Shown: piece after piece, positions 1 to 8,441 of the stretch
How the letters are laid out: every line of letters begins with the position of its first letter
How positions within the stretch are numbered: position 1 is the stretch's first letter
Assembly (NCBI GenBank): GCA_965203805.1
Contig: OZ241917.1
Location: 1,920,001-1,984,000 of the forward strand
DNA: 64,000 bases
Direction: 5' to 3'
Source of the DNA: Candidatus Latescibacterota bacterium
GTDB lineage: Bacteria; Latescibacterota; UBA2968; GCA-2709665
Translations under genes and position numbers: made by a program
The notes under the pieces: model-generated
What the model was told of the DNA's origin: nothing
The model's input: the letters and a program-made list of their open reading frames with translations, nothing else
Database searches by the model: none

Positions 1-671
1 TGGGAATTGGTAGAAAGAGCCACGCGATACACAACATCCCATCTGGACGGTTCAAGGCGTCGCAATTCCATTATCTTCATCGGGTTTACCATAAGTACGA
101 AGACCTCGCCCAATCTACCCGTTAACACCCTGGTGGCATGTAGTAACCGTGTCGTGTCCACATGCTTCCCGGCTCTGTCATATCGGACAATCTGGCCATA
201 AGTTGAATCCAACAGGTACACCATACCCTGCGGGTCTATTGACATATAACGAGCACTGCCATATTCGCCTGGTCCGCGACCCTGACGACCGAAAGACTGG
301 ATATAGCGTCCGTCCGAAAGGTCAAACTCATGTGCTCTTTCACCAATCCGGTCGGTAAGCAGTAGAGTGTTATCCCGTGTCACACCTATCCAGTTTGCCT
401 CACCAATCCCAGGTGTTTTTTCGTTAAAGTCCAGACTAAATTGGCGCTTCAAATCAAGACCGATTTCGCCGATATATTCCAACTTCGTTTCGTGAATGGA
501 CTCTTCGTTGGCCTCGTGAGGCGAAGACTTCGAATACGTCTCCTTCGACTGGTCCGGCACTTGTGCAACCGCCCGGGCGTTTCCGGAAACAAGAACGACC
601 GTAAGTAAAAAAACAAAAAGACTGAACATTCTTTCCGTCCAATGACGTCCACCTAACGTGCTCTTCTTCAT
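1..671 (-). CDS. Secreted 6-bladed beta-propeller (NHL/TolB-like) protein, runs off the left edge (partial)
   Basis: Not in the ORF track; translated by hand. ATG at 671 preceded by GGAG, open to position 1: MKKSTLGGRHWTERMFSLFVFLLTVVLVSGNARA (signal-like)...LLLTDRIGERAHEFDLSDGRYIQSFGRQGRGPGEYGSARYMSIDPQGMVYLLDS... The GxxGxGPGEY and IDPQGMVYLLD motifs are typical NHL-like propeller blades. Confidence 0.8.
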   Translation of the reverse strand, partial: MKKSTLGGRHWTERMFSLFVFLLTVVLVSGNARAVAQVPDQSKETYSKSSPHEANEESIHETKLEYIGEIGLDLKRQFSLDFNEKTPGIGEANWIGVTRDNTLLLTDRIGERAHEFDLSDGRYIQSFGRQGRGPGEYGSARYMSIDPQGMVYLLDSTYGQIVRYDRAGKHVDTTRLLHATRVLTGRLGEVFVLMVNPMKIMELRRLEPSRWDVVYRVALSTNS

Positions 672-788
672 CGTGAACTCCTTTCGAATTTGTGCTGTGT
701 CATTGTGTAATGGTTATTTGCGTAACCATATTATAATACAATGACTTGTGTATGGAACCTACCTTTTCTACGAATTATTCAGGCTTAG

Positions 789-1087
789 TATGCATGACGT
801 CGCCGATACCCCAGCGACACAATTGGATTCTCACGTTCACCTTTTCTCCAACGGCGGCGGCCTTCCACTTTCAAAACACCGTTCGCCTCACGCATTACCT
901 CTCTCGAGGCCTGCTAAACCTTCACTCGCGTTACGGACTGTATACTTGCAAGTTGCCATGCGACCTATACACCGGGGGTTTAAGACAACTCGATGCTTTC
1001 CTGCCCGCTTTACTTGCTACCGACGGCGGCAACATTTGGCTGGTGCGACTCTCACCCACAAGAGTTCCGCGCCTTTTCACGGCGCAT
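789..1087 (-). mobile_element. Degenerate 5' fragment (domain I) of a bacterial group II intron; no RT ORF, no domain V/VI
   Basis: Minus strand reads ATGCGCCGTGAAAAGGCGCGGAACTC..GGGTGAGAGTCGCACC..GGTAGCAAG..CCGTAACGCGAGTGAAGG..AGCAGGCCTCGAGA..GGAAGGCCG..GGGGTATCGGCGACGTCATGC. This follows in order the conserved blocks I recall from bacterial group II intron 5' ends (GTGCGCCGTGAAA..GGCGC), with the first G mutated to A. Confidence 0.7.
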
Positions 1088-1158
1088 TGTTGTCGAATTA
1101 GGACTAATCAAACAATAATGTACGAGGAGACTCGGTTGATCGAGTTCTATAAGTAGCC

Positions 1159-2631
1159 TCACTCGGCATCACCTTGATTAACCAATCTTAGATTGTACCT
1201 CTCCTGCAACAGTTTCTTGTCCGTGTTTTGAATTTCTATACACATTTCCATGGCGAGTTCATAGCTATAACGGATCTGGTCGCACGAGACAGGGTTCGGA
1301 TTTATCGGGTCCCCAGTTGCAGTCCGGGCATCATATATACACCCCCCCCCACACAGGTTTCTTGCCCAGCAACGCCGGCAGTCGGAACGGGAATCGACAT
1401 GGAACGAATCTTTGAATCCATCCTGGACATTTTCGTCAAGACCAGAGAATACGTCGCCCATCTTAAACTCCGGCCGGTCGGCAAGACTTGAGCAAAAATA
1501 GATGTCGCCATCTACATCCACGGCCAGAAATGTCCTGCCGCCTTGACAGCCATAACAAGATTTCGCGCGAGTCATCAATCGTTCGATATAACGGTCGAAA
1601 AATCCTCTCTCGTGCGATCCTTCCAGAATTCTCTCCGTCTCCTGGCTGCTTAAACCGCGAAGTCTACGCTTTATTTCAGGCAGATGCTCCTCGCGAAGTG
1701 CATAAGGTTCTTCAGGTGCAGCAACGACAGGAGCCACTCTAACACGACATGCGCCAAGTTGCCTCAAATCATCAGCAATGGACTCCCTGTCCAGATTGTA
1801 CGAAGTCATTGTTGCGCGTACCGATACCTTATCCGGTGACTCTTTCGTCAATTTCAACAGGTTCTCGGCCACCACATTGTACGTTTCACTGCCATCTCGA
1901 AACTTCCGCAGTCGGTTTTGGTCTCTCGGGTTGCCATCGACACTAACCTGAATGTGAATTTCCTCATCAATCAGAAACTGTAAGATTTCATCCGAAATTA
2001 GAGTGCCATTTGTTGCGATTCCAAAAGAGACCTGAACCCCAACCCGATGGGCATACTCACGGGCAAAGGGAATGATATCTCGAATTAACTCGAAGTTCAG
2101 GAGCGGTTCCCCACCGAAAAAGTCTATCTGACACCTGCCGAACGAGCGAGCTTCACTCAGTGCCCATCGTACAGCCTGCCTTGCAACATGCGGCGTCATA
2201 AATCCCGGTACCCTTCCGTAGTCGCCGCCATGTGCGAAGCAATAGGTACATTTGACGTTACAGGCGTGCGAAACGTGTAACGTGATATAAAAATGACTCG
2301 CACCGGGCCCGGACTCTGGCAATCCGCAGATCCCTTGATCCGGCCCCTGTGAATCTGAATAAAGTTTCAGCGAGGCATCGTATATGAGCTGGGCTTCGGC
2401 AAGGACCTCAACTGCCTTTAACACGTCCTCGCCAGGAAATTCATCGGCCAATTTAAGAACGACTTCCTGGTCCGTTAGTCCGTCGCAAATCTTGAGGATC
2501 GACTCATAGAGCGGATCCAGTTCAAAGAACAGTCCCGTGTAAACCTGAAACGAAAAAGCACGTTTCGACTGGTATGTTCTGAAGAGATGCATATCAGATT
2601 TTGCGATTCGTACCACTTCCTCTGCCCCCAT
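1159..2631 (-). CDS. Radical SAM/SPASM peptide maturase with N-terminal RRE-like domain (CteB/PapB/QhpD ranthipeptide-maturase-like)
   Basis: CxxxCxxC (CNVKCTYC), FFGGEPLLN, ATNGTL and VSVDG motifs; SPASM CYGCQGG..DGDIYFC..CRRCWARNLCGGGC..C; N-terminal ~90-aa winged-helix-like RRE region. The ORF track start (2766) overlaps the peptide gene, so the likelier start is ATG 2631 (or 2592). Confidence 0.93.
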   Translation of the reverse strand: MGAEEVVRIAKSDMHLFRTYQSKRAFSFQVYTGLFFELDPLYESILKICDGLTDQEVVLKLADEFPGEDVLKAVEVLAEAQLIYDASLKLYSDSQGPDQGICGLPESGPGASHFYITLHVSHACNVKCTYCFAHGGDYGRVPGFMTPHVARQAVRWALSEARSFGRCQIDFFGGEPLLNFELIRDIIPFAREYAHRVGVQVSFGIATNGTLISDEILQFLIDEEIHIQVSVDGNPRDQNRLRKFRDGSETYNVVAENLLKLTKESPDKVSVRATMTSYNLDRESIADDLRQLGACRVRVAPVVAAPEEPYALREEHLPEIKRRLRGLSSQETERILEGSHERGFFDRYIERLMTRAKSCYGCQGGRTFLAVDVDGDIYFCSSLADRPEFKMGDVFSGLDENVQDGFKDSFHVDSRSDCRRCWARNLCGGGCIYDARTATGDPINPNPVSCDQIRYSYELAMEMCIEIQNTDKKLLQERYNLRLVNQGDAE

Positions 2632-2657
2632 TACCCAACAAACAACCAACCGACATA

Positions 2658-2876
2658 CTATTGGGCTGACTGCTTTTCCTGTGGAGTGAGTCCATTCTGT
2701 GATTTTTCGATTGACGCCACGATTGTCATTGGAGGGGGCAGAATAGGGAACCACGGCCATACGCATACCAACGCTTCAATAGGAGTCGTCGATCCAAAGC
2801 ATCCGTGAATTCTTCCCCTATTGTCGGAAACACCGTTGATCAAGTACAGGGAAGGTTCGGGATTACTATGTGCCAT
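2658..2876 (-). CDS. Putative RiPP precursor peptide, 72 aa
   Basis: AAGGAGG RBS 6 nt before ATG 2876; lies 26 nt upstream of the rSAM/SPASM gene and downstream of a sigma54-like promoter. Sequence MAHSNPEPSLYLINGVSDNRGRIHGCFGSTTPIEALVCVWPWFPILPPPMTIVASIEKSQNGLTPQEKQSAQ. Confidence 0.8.
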   Translation of the reverse strand: MAHSNPEPSLYLINGVSDNRGRIHGCFGSTTPIEALVCVWPWFPILPPPMTIVASIEKSQNGLTPQEKQSAQ

Positions 2877-2971
2877 TATCGTCCTCCTTGCCCGTTCAGC
2901 TTTGCGCGTCTCTATACTACAATGGAGATCAAACACGTGGCGCCAATTCCATCATGCAATTAGTAGGATAT

Positions 2972-2987
2972 TGCAAACCACGTACCC
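2972..2987 (-). promoter_or_regulatory. sigma54 (RpoN) -24/-12 promoter for the peptide/rSAM operon
   Basis: Minus strand GGGTACGTGGTTTGCA versus consensus TGGCACG-N4-TTGCW. Invariant GG and GC are exactly 10 nt apart; the site is adjacent to a sigma54 activator gene. Confidence 0.75.
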
Positions 2988-2988
2988 G

Positions 2989-3022
2989 AAAAACAAAAAA
3001 CGCTTGTGTGAGACCACAAGCG
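2989..3022 (-). terminator. Rho-independent terminator after the kinase/sigma54-activator gene
   Basis: Perfect 8-bp inverted repeat CGCTTGTG-N6-CACAAGCG (3001-3022) followed on the minus strand by TTTTTTGTTTTT. Confidence 0.65.
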
Positions 3023-3252
3023 AAATAATTACAATGATTTATTTATTTGTTTTTCTTTTTTATTCCCGACGAGAGTCCGTTCTTAAATTGTATTCATTGT
3101 ATACAGAACTCTTCCTATGTGAAAGGTACGCGTAAATTCAAACGAACAAAACCTTAAAATACAATACTTTAAATTCTGTCCAACGCCGTCTACACTACTT
3201 TAGGATCGATGCGCAAGCTATCTACGCTGATGGCGAGGCTTCATCGTGCGAC

Positions 3253-6200
3253 TCAACGCAGACCATAACGCGTCATCATCTTCTGAAGTCCATTTCGGCT
3301 GAGACCCAAATGAGCGGCAGTATGAGAAATGTTGCCCTTGCATTTGTCAAGTGCCGCGGCTATCATCCTTTTTTCAAGGGCAGCCACCTCCGATTTTAGA
3401 TGTCCTCGCGAACCTTGTTCGGCGTCTTGACGATGTTCAATCCTCTTCGAGAATAGATCGACGGAAACCTTCTTTCCTTCTTCAACCAACGCAACCGCGC
3501 GTCTTATCTCATTCTGCAATTCACGGACATTGCCCGGCCACGCGTGATCCATTAATCCCCGCATTGCCCCCACTGTAAGGCCCAGTACTTCCTTTCCCTG
3601 CTCCGAAGAAACACGCTTCAGTATATGCTCTGACAACGAAGGGATGTCCTCAATACGGTCACGCAGTGGAGGCATTTCAATCTGTAAAACGCGCAGCCGG
3701 TAATACAAGTCCTCCCGAAAAAGACCGGCACGCACGTCCGCTTCCAGGTCGCGATTCGTCGCTGCAATCACCCGAACGTCTACGTGGCGAACATTAGTCT
3801 CTCCTACTCGCTGTGTCTCCCCATCCTGCAGTACGCGCAACAGGCTTATCTGCAATTGCGAAGAGGCATCCCCGATTTCATCCAGAAACACGGAACCGCC
3901 CTCCGCGGAGGCGAATAGTCCCTTGCGGTCGGATGAAGCCCCGGTGAATGAGCCTCTTTTGTGACCGAACAGCTCGCTCTGAAGCAGTTCGTGGGTAAGC
4001 GCCCCGCAATTTGCGGAGAGAAAGGGTTTCGCCTTGCGGTTGCTCCGGGTATGGATAGCCCGGGCGGCCAGTTCCTTCCCCGTTCCCGTCTCACCCTGTA
4101 TAAGCACAGTCATGTCGCTTTCAGCCGCCACGTCGACCAGTTTGAACACTTCCTGCATCACCTGACTCTGTCCGATAAGTTCTCCCATTCGGTAGGTGCC
4201 CTCGTATTTTTCCTGGAAAAAAAGTGCCTGCTCCTGGATCCGGGAGAACATCCGGGCGTTGACAACCGCAATGGAGGCCAAATTCGCAAATGCCGCAAAC
4301 AAGGCTGTGTCTTCTTCGCGAAACAAATCTTCTAGCTTTCTATGGTCCAAATACAGCGCGCCGATGACACCCGATTCCGCATGCCGCAGTGGAACGCAAA
4401 GCACCGATCGGATGCCGTAGGCCGAAACGCTGGCCCTTTTTCTGAATCGATCGTCAACGCGGGCATCCAGACTCAATACGGGCTCGCACTGCTGCATCGA
4501 CCACCTGATTATTCCCTCGCTGATCTCCCTTGCTGCTAAATCATCCAGATTATACTTACGCGCAACCTTGACGCGACCGGCTGCCCCATCCTCGATAGCA
4601 ATCAAAACACGTTCGGCATGGCTCACCTTCTTCAGTCGGTCCAGAATTCGATCAAGTAGCACATTCAGGTCCAAGACCGACGTCAAGTCTTCGGATACTT
4701 CATAAAGGGTCTGCAGATGCTCTTGGGAAAGCGCCGTAACCTTCGCCTCTGGTGTTATAGTCATCGCAGTTTCCTCAATAACCAGGTTTAGGAGATCCGC
4801 TGCCTTTCGGGCCAGATAACGCAGATTCAAGCGTTCGGCAGCCTGAAGGGCGTTTTCCAGGTGCCGCCGGGCATCGGCATGACGCCGTCGCTCAACATAA
4901 TAACTGCCCGCTACAACCAACAGATTTACCTGTTCAAAACCGTCAGGCGAACCCTGTGTGTCCGATGCATGATCAATCAGGGAATCGACTTCTTCATGAC
5001 GGTCGGCCGCAACAAGCGATTTTGCCTTTGCAGTCCATGCAAGGGCGCGGACATTCCCGCCGTACTCTACACCCGGCCAAGCCCGTTCGGCCCAGGCCAG
5101 CGCCTCTTCGACACGGCCGGTTTGCGCCAATGTCTCGGCAAGCAACGCATGAGCCCGGCACATTTCATCGGGACTTTCGGCACCCGACAGAAGCCCCACC
5201 GCGGCACTCGCGTGGGCCTCTGCAGCCTCGGTATCTCCACGTTCCAGGACAATCCTGCCCAAATACACGAGTGATCCTGCTTCCGCAAGTCTCGAACCGC
5301 GTTTGGCCCAAAAATCCTTAAGTTCTAAGAAAATCTCCTCGGCCCGATCGAAATTTCCCAGCCGATTCTCTGCACGTCCCAAAAGGAAAAGACAGTTATG
5401 GCGATAAGTGCGATCGCCGTTATTCTCCAGTAGATTCAATGAAGAATCCAGGAGCTTTTTCGATCTGTCATTAAGATAGGTAAACTGCGCCGCAAACCCG
5501 AGATGCATCAAAGCGCGTGCTTCGTTGATAGACCCTCCCATTTCGCGACATTTCGCGGCGGCTAATTGACTATATCTCGCAGCAACCTCTTTTTTATTCA
5601 GCGCTACGTAGAGATTAGACAACAAACCCAAAACCCTAAGTTCATTCTCGGCCTCGCCCTGATTCCGCAAGAGTTCCAGCGCTTCTAACAACATCGACTC
5701 AGCTCTTTGGTAGTCCCCGCCATTCACGCAGGTAATTCCCAAAATCCTCAACACATTCGCCCTTTGCGCGGGCATTTCGACGGACGCCCACTGCAGGGCC
5801 CCTTCCATCTCCCGGCGGGCGTCCTCGTACCTGTCGCATCCGCATAGCGCTTCGGAGTAAGCGCAGAGAAAGTCGAGATGCATCACGGACCCCCTTGCAA
5901 ATCCGACGGGCGCATCGGGCGAGAGCGCGCCTTTTTTGAGAACAGTTCGGAACTGTTTGAGTGCGTACGAGAAATATTGCATCCCCAATGCCTTGCGGCC
6001 GGATTCTGTCACGTACAGCGCCATTTTTTCAAGGTCGTTCGACCTCGAAAAGTGATAGGCCAATTCATCCAGTGACTCAGCGGCGCCGCAATCCAACCGT
6101 TTCTCTAAGGCCCTGCCTGCCTCCTGGTGAAGAAACGTACGTTGGCTTTCGGAAATGCCTTCATAAACGGCCCGCCGAATCAGTCCATGTGAGAACCGAT

Positions 6201-8139
6201 AACGTCCACTCGGTTCTTGCAAATCTTCCAAATGGCCCAGGTTGACGTTCGTATCCAGCTTCTCTAGTAAATCCAGTTCATCCTTGCACCAGACCTCTGA
6301 AATCAGCTCGAACGAAAACGCACCGCGAAAGATCGAGGCATATTCCAGCACCTGCCGTTGGGACGACTGCAGCCGTCCCAGACGCAACTCGATTGCCTGC
6401 ATAATGCCCGTGGGCATCGGCCATTCGGTTGACTTCGGCCAATTCCAATTGCCTGCCGAATCCTTCCAGATTGAGCCGTCCGCAATAGCTCCTCGAACCA
6501 TTTCTACGATAAACAGTGGATTTCCCCCAGTTTCCAGGAAGACCCTCCGAGCTTCTTCCTCGGAGACCACCTGCTCTCCAAGCAGGGACGCAGCCAGACA
6601 CCCAGTTTCGTCCATACGGAGAGGCTGGAGATGAAAATGTACAATTCGAGTTCCATCTGACCCATTTGTCAGGTCGTCGATTCCCGGGGGTAGCGGATCT
6701 TCGTCCACAGTGCGGCAGGCGAGCCCGAAGATGAGAGGTGCGGGATCAGGATTTCTCCTCGTAAAGTCAAGGAACCGCAGGGTCAAGTCATCGGCCCACT
6801 GCAGGTCTTCAATGCATACAAGGGTGGGCGCTTCCCGGCTCAGATCGACGAGCAGTTCCGACAAAGTCTCCATCGCCGGGTACGGATCCGGCTGATCGGC
6901 GGGCACCGGACGTTCGATTTGCGTTAGAACCCGCCTGACGGATGCTTCGAGGTCCGAACCTCTAATGTCGGGCAGTTCCGCCATATCCCTCAGCATTTCA
7001 AGAAATGGACCAAAGGCTTGGCCGCCGCTCTCATAACAACGTCCTGTTTGTACGCGCATCCCGTTAACGCGGGCGTCGGCCTTAAATTCTTCGAGAACTT
7101 GCGTCTTCCCGATGCCAGCACTCCCGCTAACGAGAATCATGTGCCCAATACACTCGCGAGTATCCTGCAGGATCTTCCACAGAGCCTTCATCTCTTGTTG
7201 CCGACCCTGGAACTGGGGTTGCAAAAATGGAACGTCCGTGGTACCCAAGACAGGCAGCATTGTGACGGTAGCTTCGTCGCAGTATTCATGGAATCCGCTT
7301 GCCTCGTTAATCGTCAAATCATAGAGCAAGCTCCCAACCGAACTGTACCGGTCAATCGGCTCCTTCTTGAGAAGCTTCATTACTGACTCTTCGATTCCCG
7401 AGGAATTTTCGCCGGCAACAAGGTGCGGAGGACAAGGTAATTCTTGCAAATGCTTAGTCAATATTGTCGCCGGATCTGTTCCCGTGAACGGTGGATTCCC
7501 GGAGAGAATCTCGTAAAGAATGACTCCCAATGAATAAAGGTCGGATCGCTGGTCAACTCCCCGGCCCCGAATCTGTTCGGGAGACATGTACTCCAAGGTC
7601 CCCGTAGCTGCTTCCGGAGGCTGCAGGCGTTCATCCGCAGCATCTTTAAATCGCGCCAGACCCAAGTCCAGAATCGTAACCTCGGGTTGGCCGTCATTTT
7701 CTGAAATAATGATATTGGAGGGTTTAAGATCTTTGTGTATTACACCAAGTTCATGGATGTATGCAAGCCCCTCACCAGTCTGCCGGACAAACGGAACGAG
7801 CCACGCGGATTTTAGTTTCCCGCGGTATTCTGCGCTTGAAATCAGGTCAGACAGTGGATGACCCTGGACATAATCCATCGAAAAATACGGTCTCCCGTCG
7901 TGAAGGCCCCACCTGCGTGAAACTACAATTCGAGGATGTCGGATCCGAGACAGGATATCAAACTCCCTCAGAAATCGCCTTTGCGCCACTTCCCCAGAGA
8001 TATTCAACACCTTAAGCGCTACAATGGAGTCTTCCCGGACGTCCCGCGCGCGATATACGATTCCTATACCTCCGTTTCCGACCGTATCCAGGATCTTGTA
8101 TCGTCCGTCGACAACCATTCCAGTCTCTATTTCGGCCAT
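3253..8139 (-). CDS. Multidomain Ser/Thr protein kinase - AAA/STAND ATPase - TPR - GAF - sigma54-dependent activator - Fis HTH (1628 aa)
   Basis: Kinase: [43 protein letters not shown]. ATPase: [20 protein letters not shown]-like helical repeats. GAF: [15 protein letters not shown]. bEBP: [47 protein letters not shown]-terminal [17 protein letters not shown]. Confidence 0.95.
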   Translation of the reverse strand: MAEIETGMVVDGRYKILDTVGNGGIGIVYRARDVREDSIVALKVLNISGEVAQRRFLREFDILSRIRHPRIVVSRRWGLHDGRPYFSMDYVQGHPLSDLISSAEYRGKLKSAWLVPFVRQTGEGLAYIHELGVIHKDLKPSNIIISENDGQPEVTILDLGLARFKDAADERLQPPEAATGTLEYMSPEQIRGRGVDQRSDLYSLGVILYEILSGNPPFTGTDPATILTKHLQELPCPPHLVAGENSSGIEESVMKLLKKEPIDRYSSVGSLLYDLTINEASGFHEYCDEATVTMLPVLGTTDVPFLQPQFQGRQQEMKALWKILQDTRECIGHMILVSGSAGIGKTQVLEEFKADARVNGMRVQTGRCYESGGQAFGPFLEMLRDMAELPDIRGSDLEASVRRVLTQIERPVPADQPDPYPAMETLSELLVDLSREAPTLVCIEDLQWADDLTLRFLDFTRRNPDPAPLIFGLACRTVDEDPLPPGIDDLTNGSDGTRIVHFHLQPLRMDETGCLAASLLGEQVVSEEEARRVFLETGGNPLFIVEMVRGAIADGSIWKDSAGNWNWPKSTEWPMPTGIMQAIELRLGRLQSSQRQVLEYASIFRGAFSFELISEVWCKDELDLLEKLDTNVNLGHLEDLQEPSGRYRFSHGLIRRAVYEGISESQRTFLHQEAGRALEKRLDCGAAESLDELAYHFSRSNDLEKMALYVTESGRKALGMQYFSYALKQFRTVLKKGALSPDAPVGFARGSVMHLDFLCAYSEALCGCDRYEDARREMEGALQWASVEMPAQRANVLRILGITCVNGGDYQRAESMLLEALELLRNQGEAENELRVLGLLSNLYVALNKKEVAARYSQLAAAKCREMGGSINEARALMHLGFAAQFTYLNDRSKKLLDSSLNLLENNGDRTYRHNCLFLLGRAENRLGNFDRAEEIFLELKDFWAKRGSRLAEAGSLVYLGRIVLERGDTEAAEAHASAAVGLLSGAESPDEMCRAHALLAETLAQTGRVEEALAWAERAWPGVEYGGNVRALAWTAKAKSLVAADRHEEVDSLIDHASDTQGSPDGFEQVNLLVVAGSYYVERRRHADARRHLENALQAAERLNLRYLARKAADLLNLVIEETAMTITPEAKVTALSQEHLQTLYEVSEDLTSVLDLNVLLDRILDRLKKVSHAERVLIAIEDGAAGRVKVARKYNLDDLAAREISEGIIRWSMQQCEPVLSLDARVDDRFRKRASVSAYGIRSVLCVPLRHAESGVIGALYLDHRKLEDLFREEDTALFAAFANLASIAVVNARMFSRIQEQALFFQEKYEGTYRMGELIGQSQVMQEVFKLVDVAAESDMTVLIQGETGTGKELAARAIHTRSNRKAKPFLSANCGALTHELLQSELFGHKRGSFTGASSDRKGLFASAEGGSVFLDEIGDASSQLQISLLRVLQDGETQRVGETNVRHVDVRVIAATNRDLEADVRAGLFREDLYYRLRVLQIEMPPLRDRIEDIPSLSEHILKRVSSEQGKEVLGLTVGAMRGLMDHAWPGNVRELQNEIRRAVALVEEGKKVSVDLFSKRIEHRQDAEQGSRGHLKSEVAALEKRMIAAALDKCKGNISHTAAHLGLSRNGLQKMMTRYGLR

Positions 8140-8441
8140 AGTAGTTAACCTGAGGAAAAATGACTCGCGTCTAGCGAACCTGGTTCGTTCACGTTCCGTC
8201 TAAAAACAAACCGGAGTTTGATCGCGGATACCTTCGTCCCTATCGTCGAGTATAGCGATCTGTGTGGCTCGACGAGCCATTAAAGAAGCAACGTTCAAGC
8301 CCTCCGACCCCGCTACCGAATTGGTTGGGGGATGGTTGGTCTCACCGCTGACAGCCGAGGGCTGAAGGCATTCCTACAGGAAACTCCATTGAAACTCGCC
8401 GAGGGCGGTTACCCCGCAGTCTGATTTGCAAGCCTGGATCA

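Noticed and set aside
746-1156. + strand ORFs of 136 and 117 aa
   Set aside because: Antisense shadows of the group II intron remnant; no RBS or protein motifs.
1159-2631. Anaerobic sulfatase-maturating enzyme serving the sulfatase at 34.5 kb
   Set aside because: It has an N-terminal RRE-like extension and an adjacent peptide gene, lacks the KP..CNLxC start typical of anSME, and is 32 kb from the sulfatase; not formally excluded without phylogeny.
2632-2766. ORF-track N-terminal extension of the rSAM (start 2766)
   Set aside because: Overlaps the precursor gene in another frame and lacks an RBS; the start at 2631 or 2592 fits better.
2929-2945. TGGCGCCACGTGTTTGA as an alternative sigma54 site
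   Set aside because: GG-to-TTG spacing is 2 nt too long and the -12 GC is missing; the 2972-2987 site fits properly.
8290-8420. Possible c-di-GMP-I riboswitch or IS605 end upstream of the regulator (GGTAGCGGGGT, GTAGGAAT)
   Set aside because: The GGCAAA/GAAA/GACGCAAA core is absent and there is no transposase or complete IS-end hairpin; only short chance matches.
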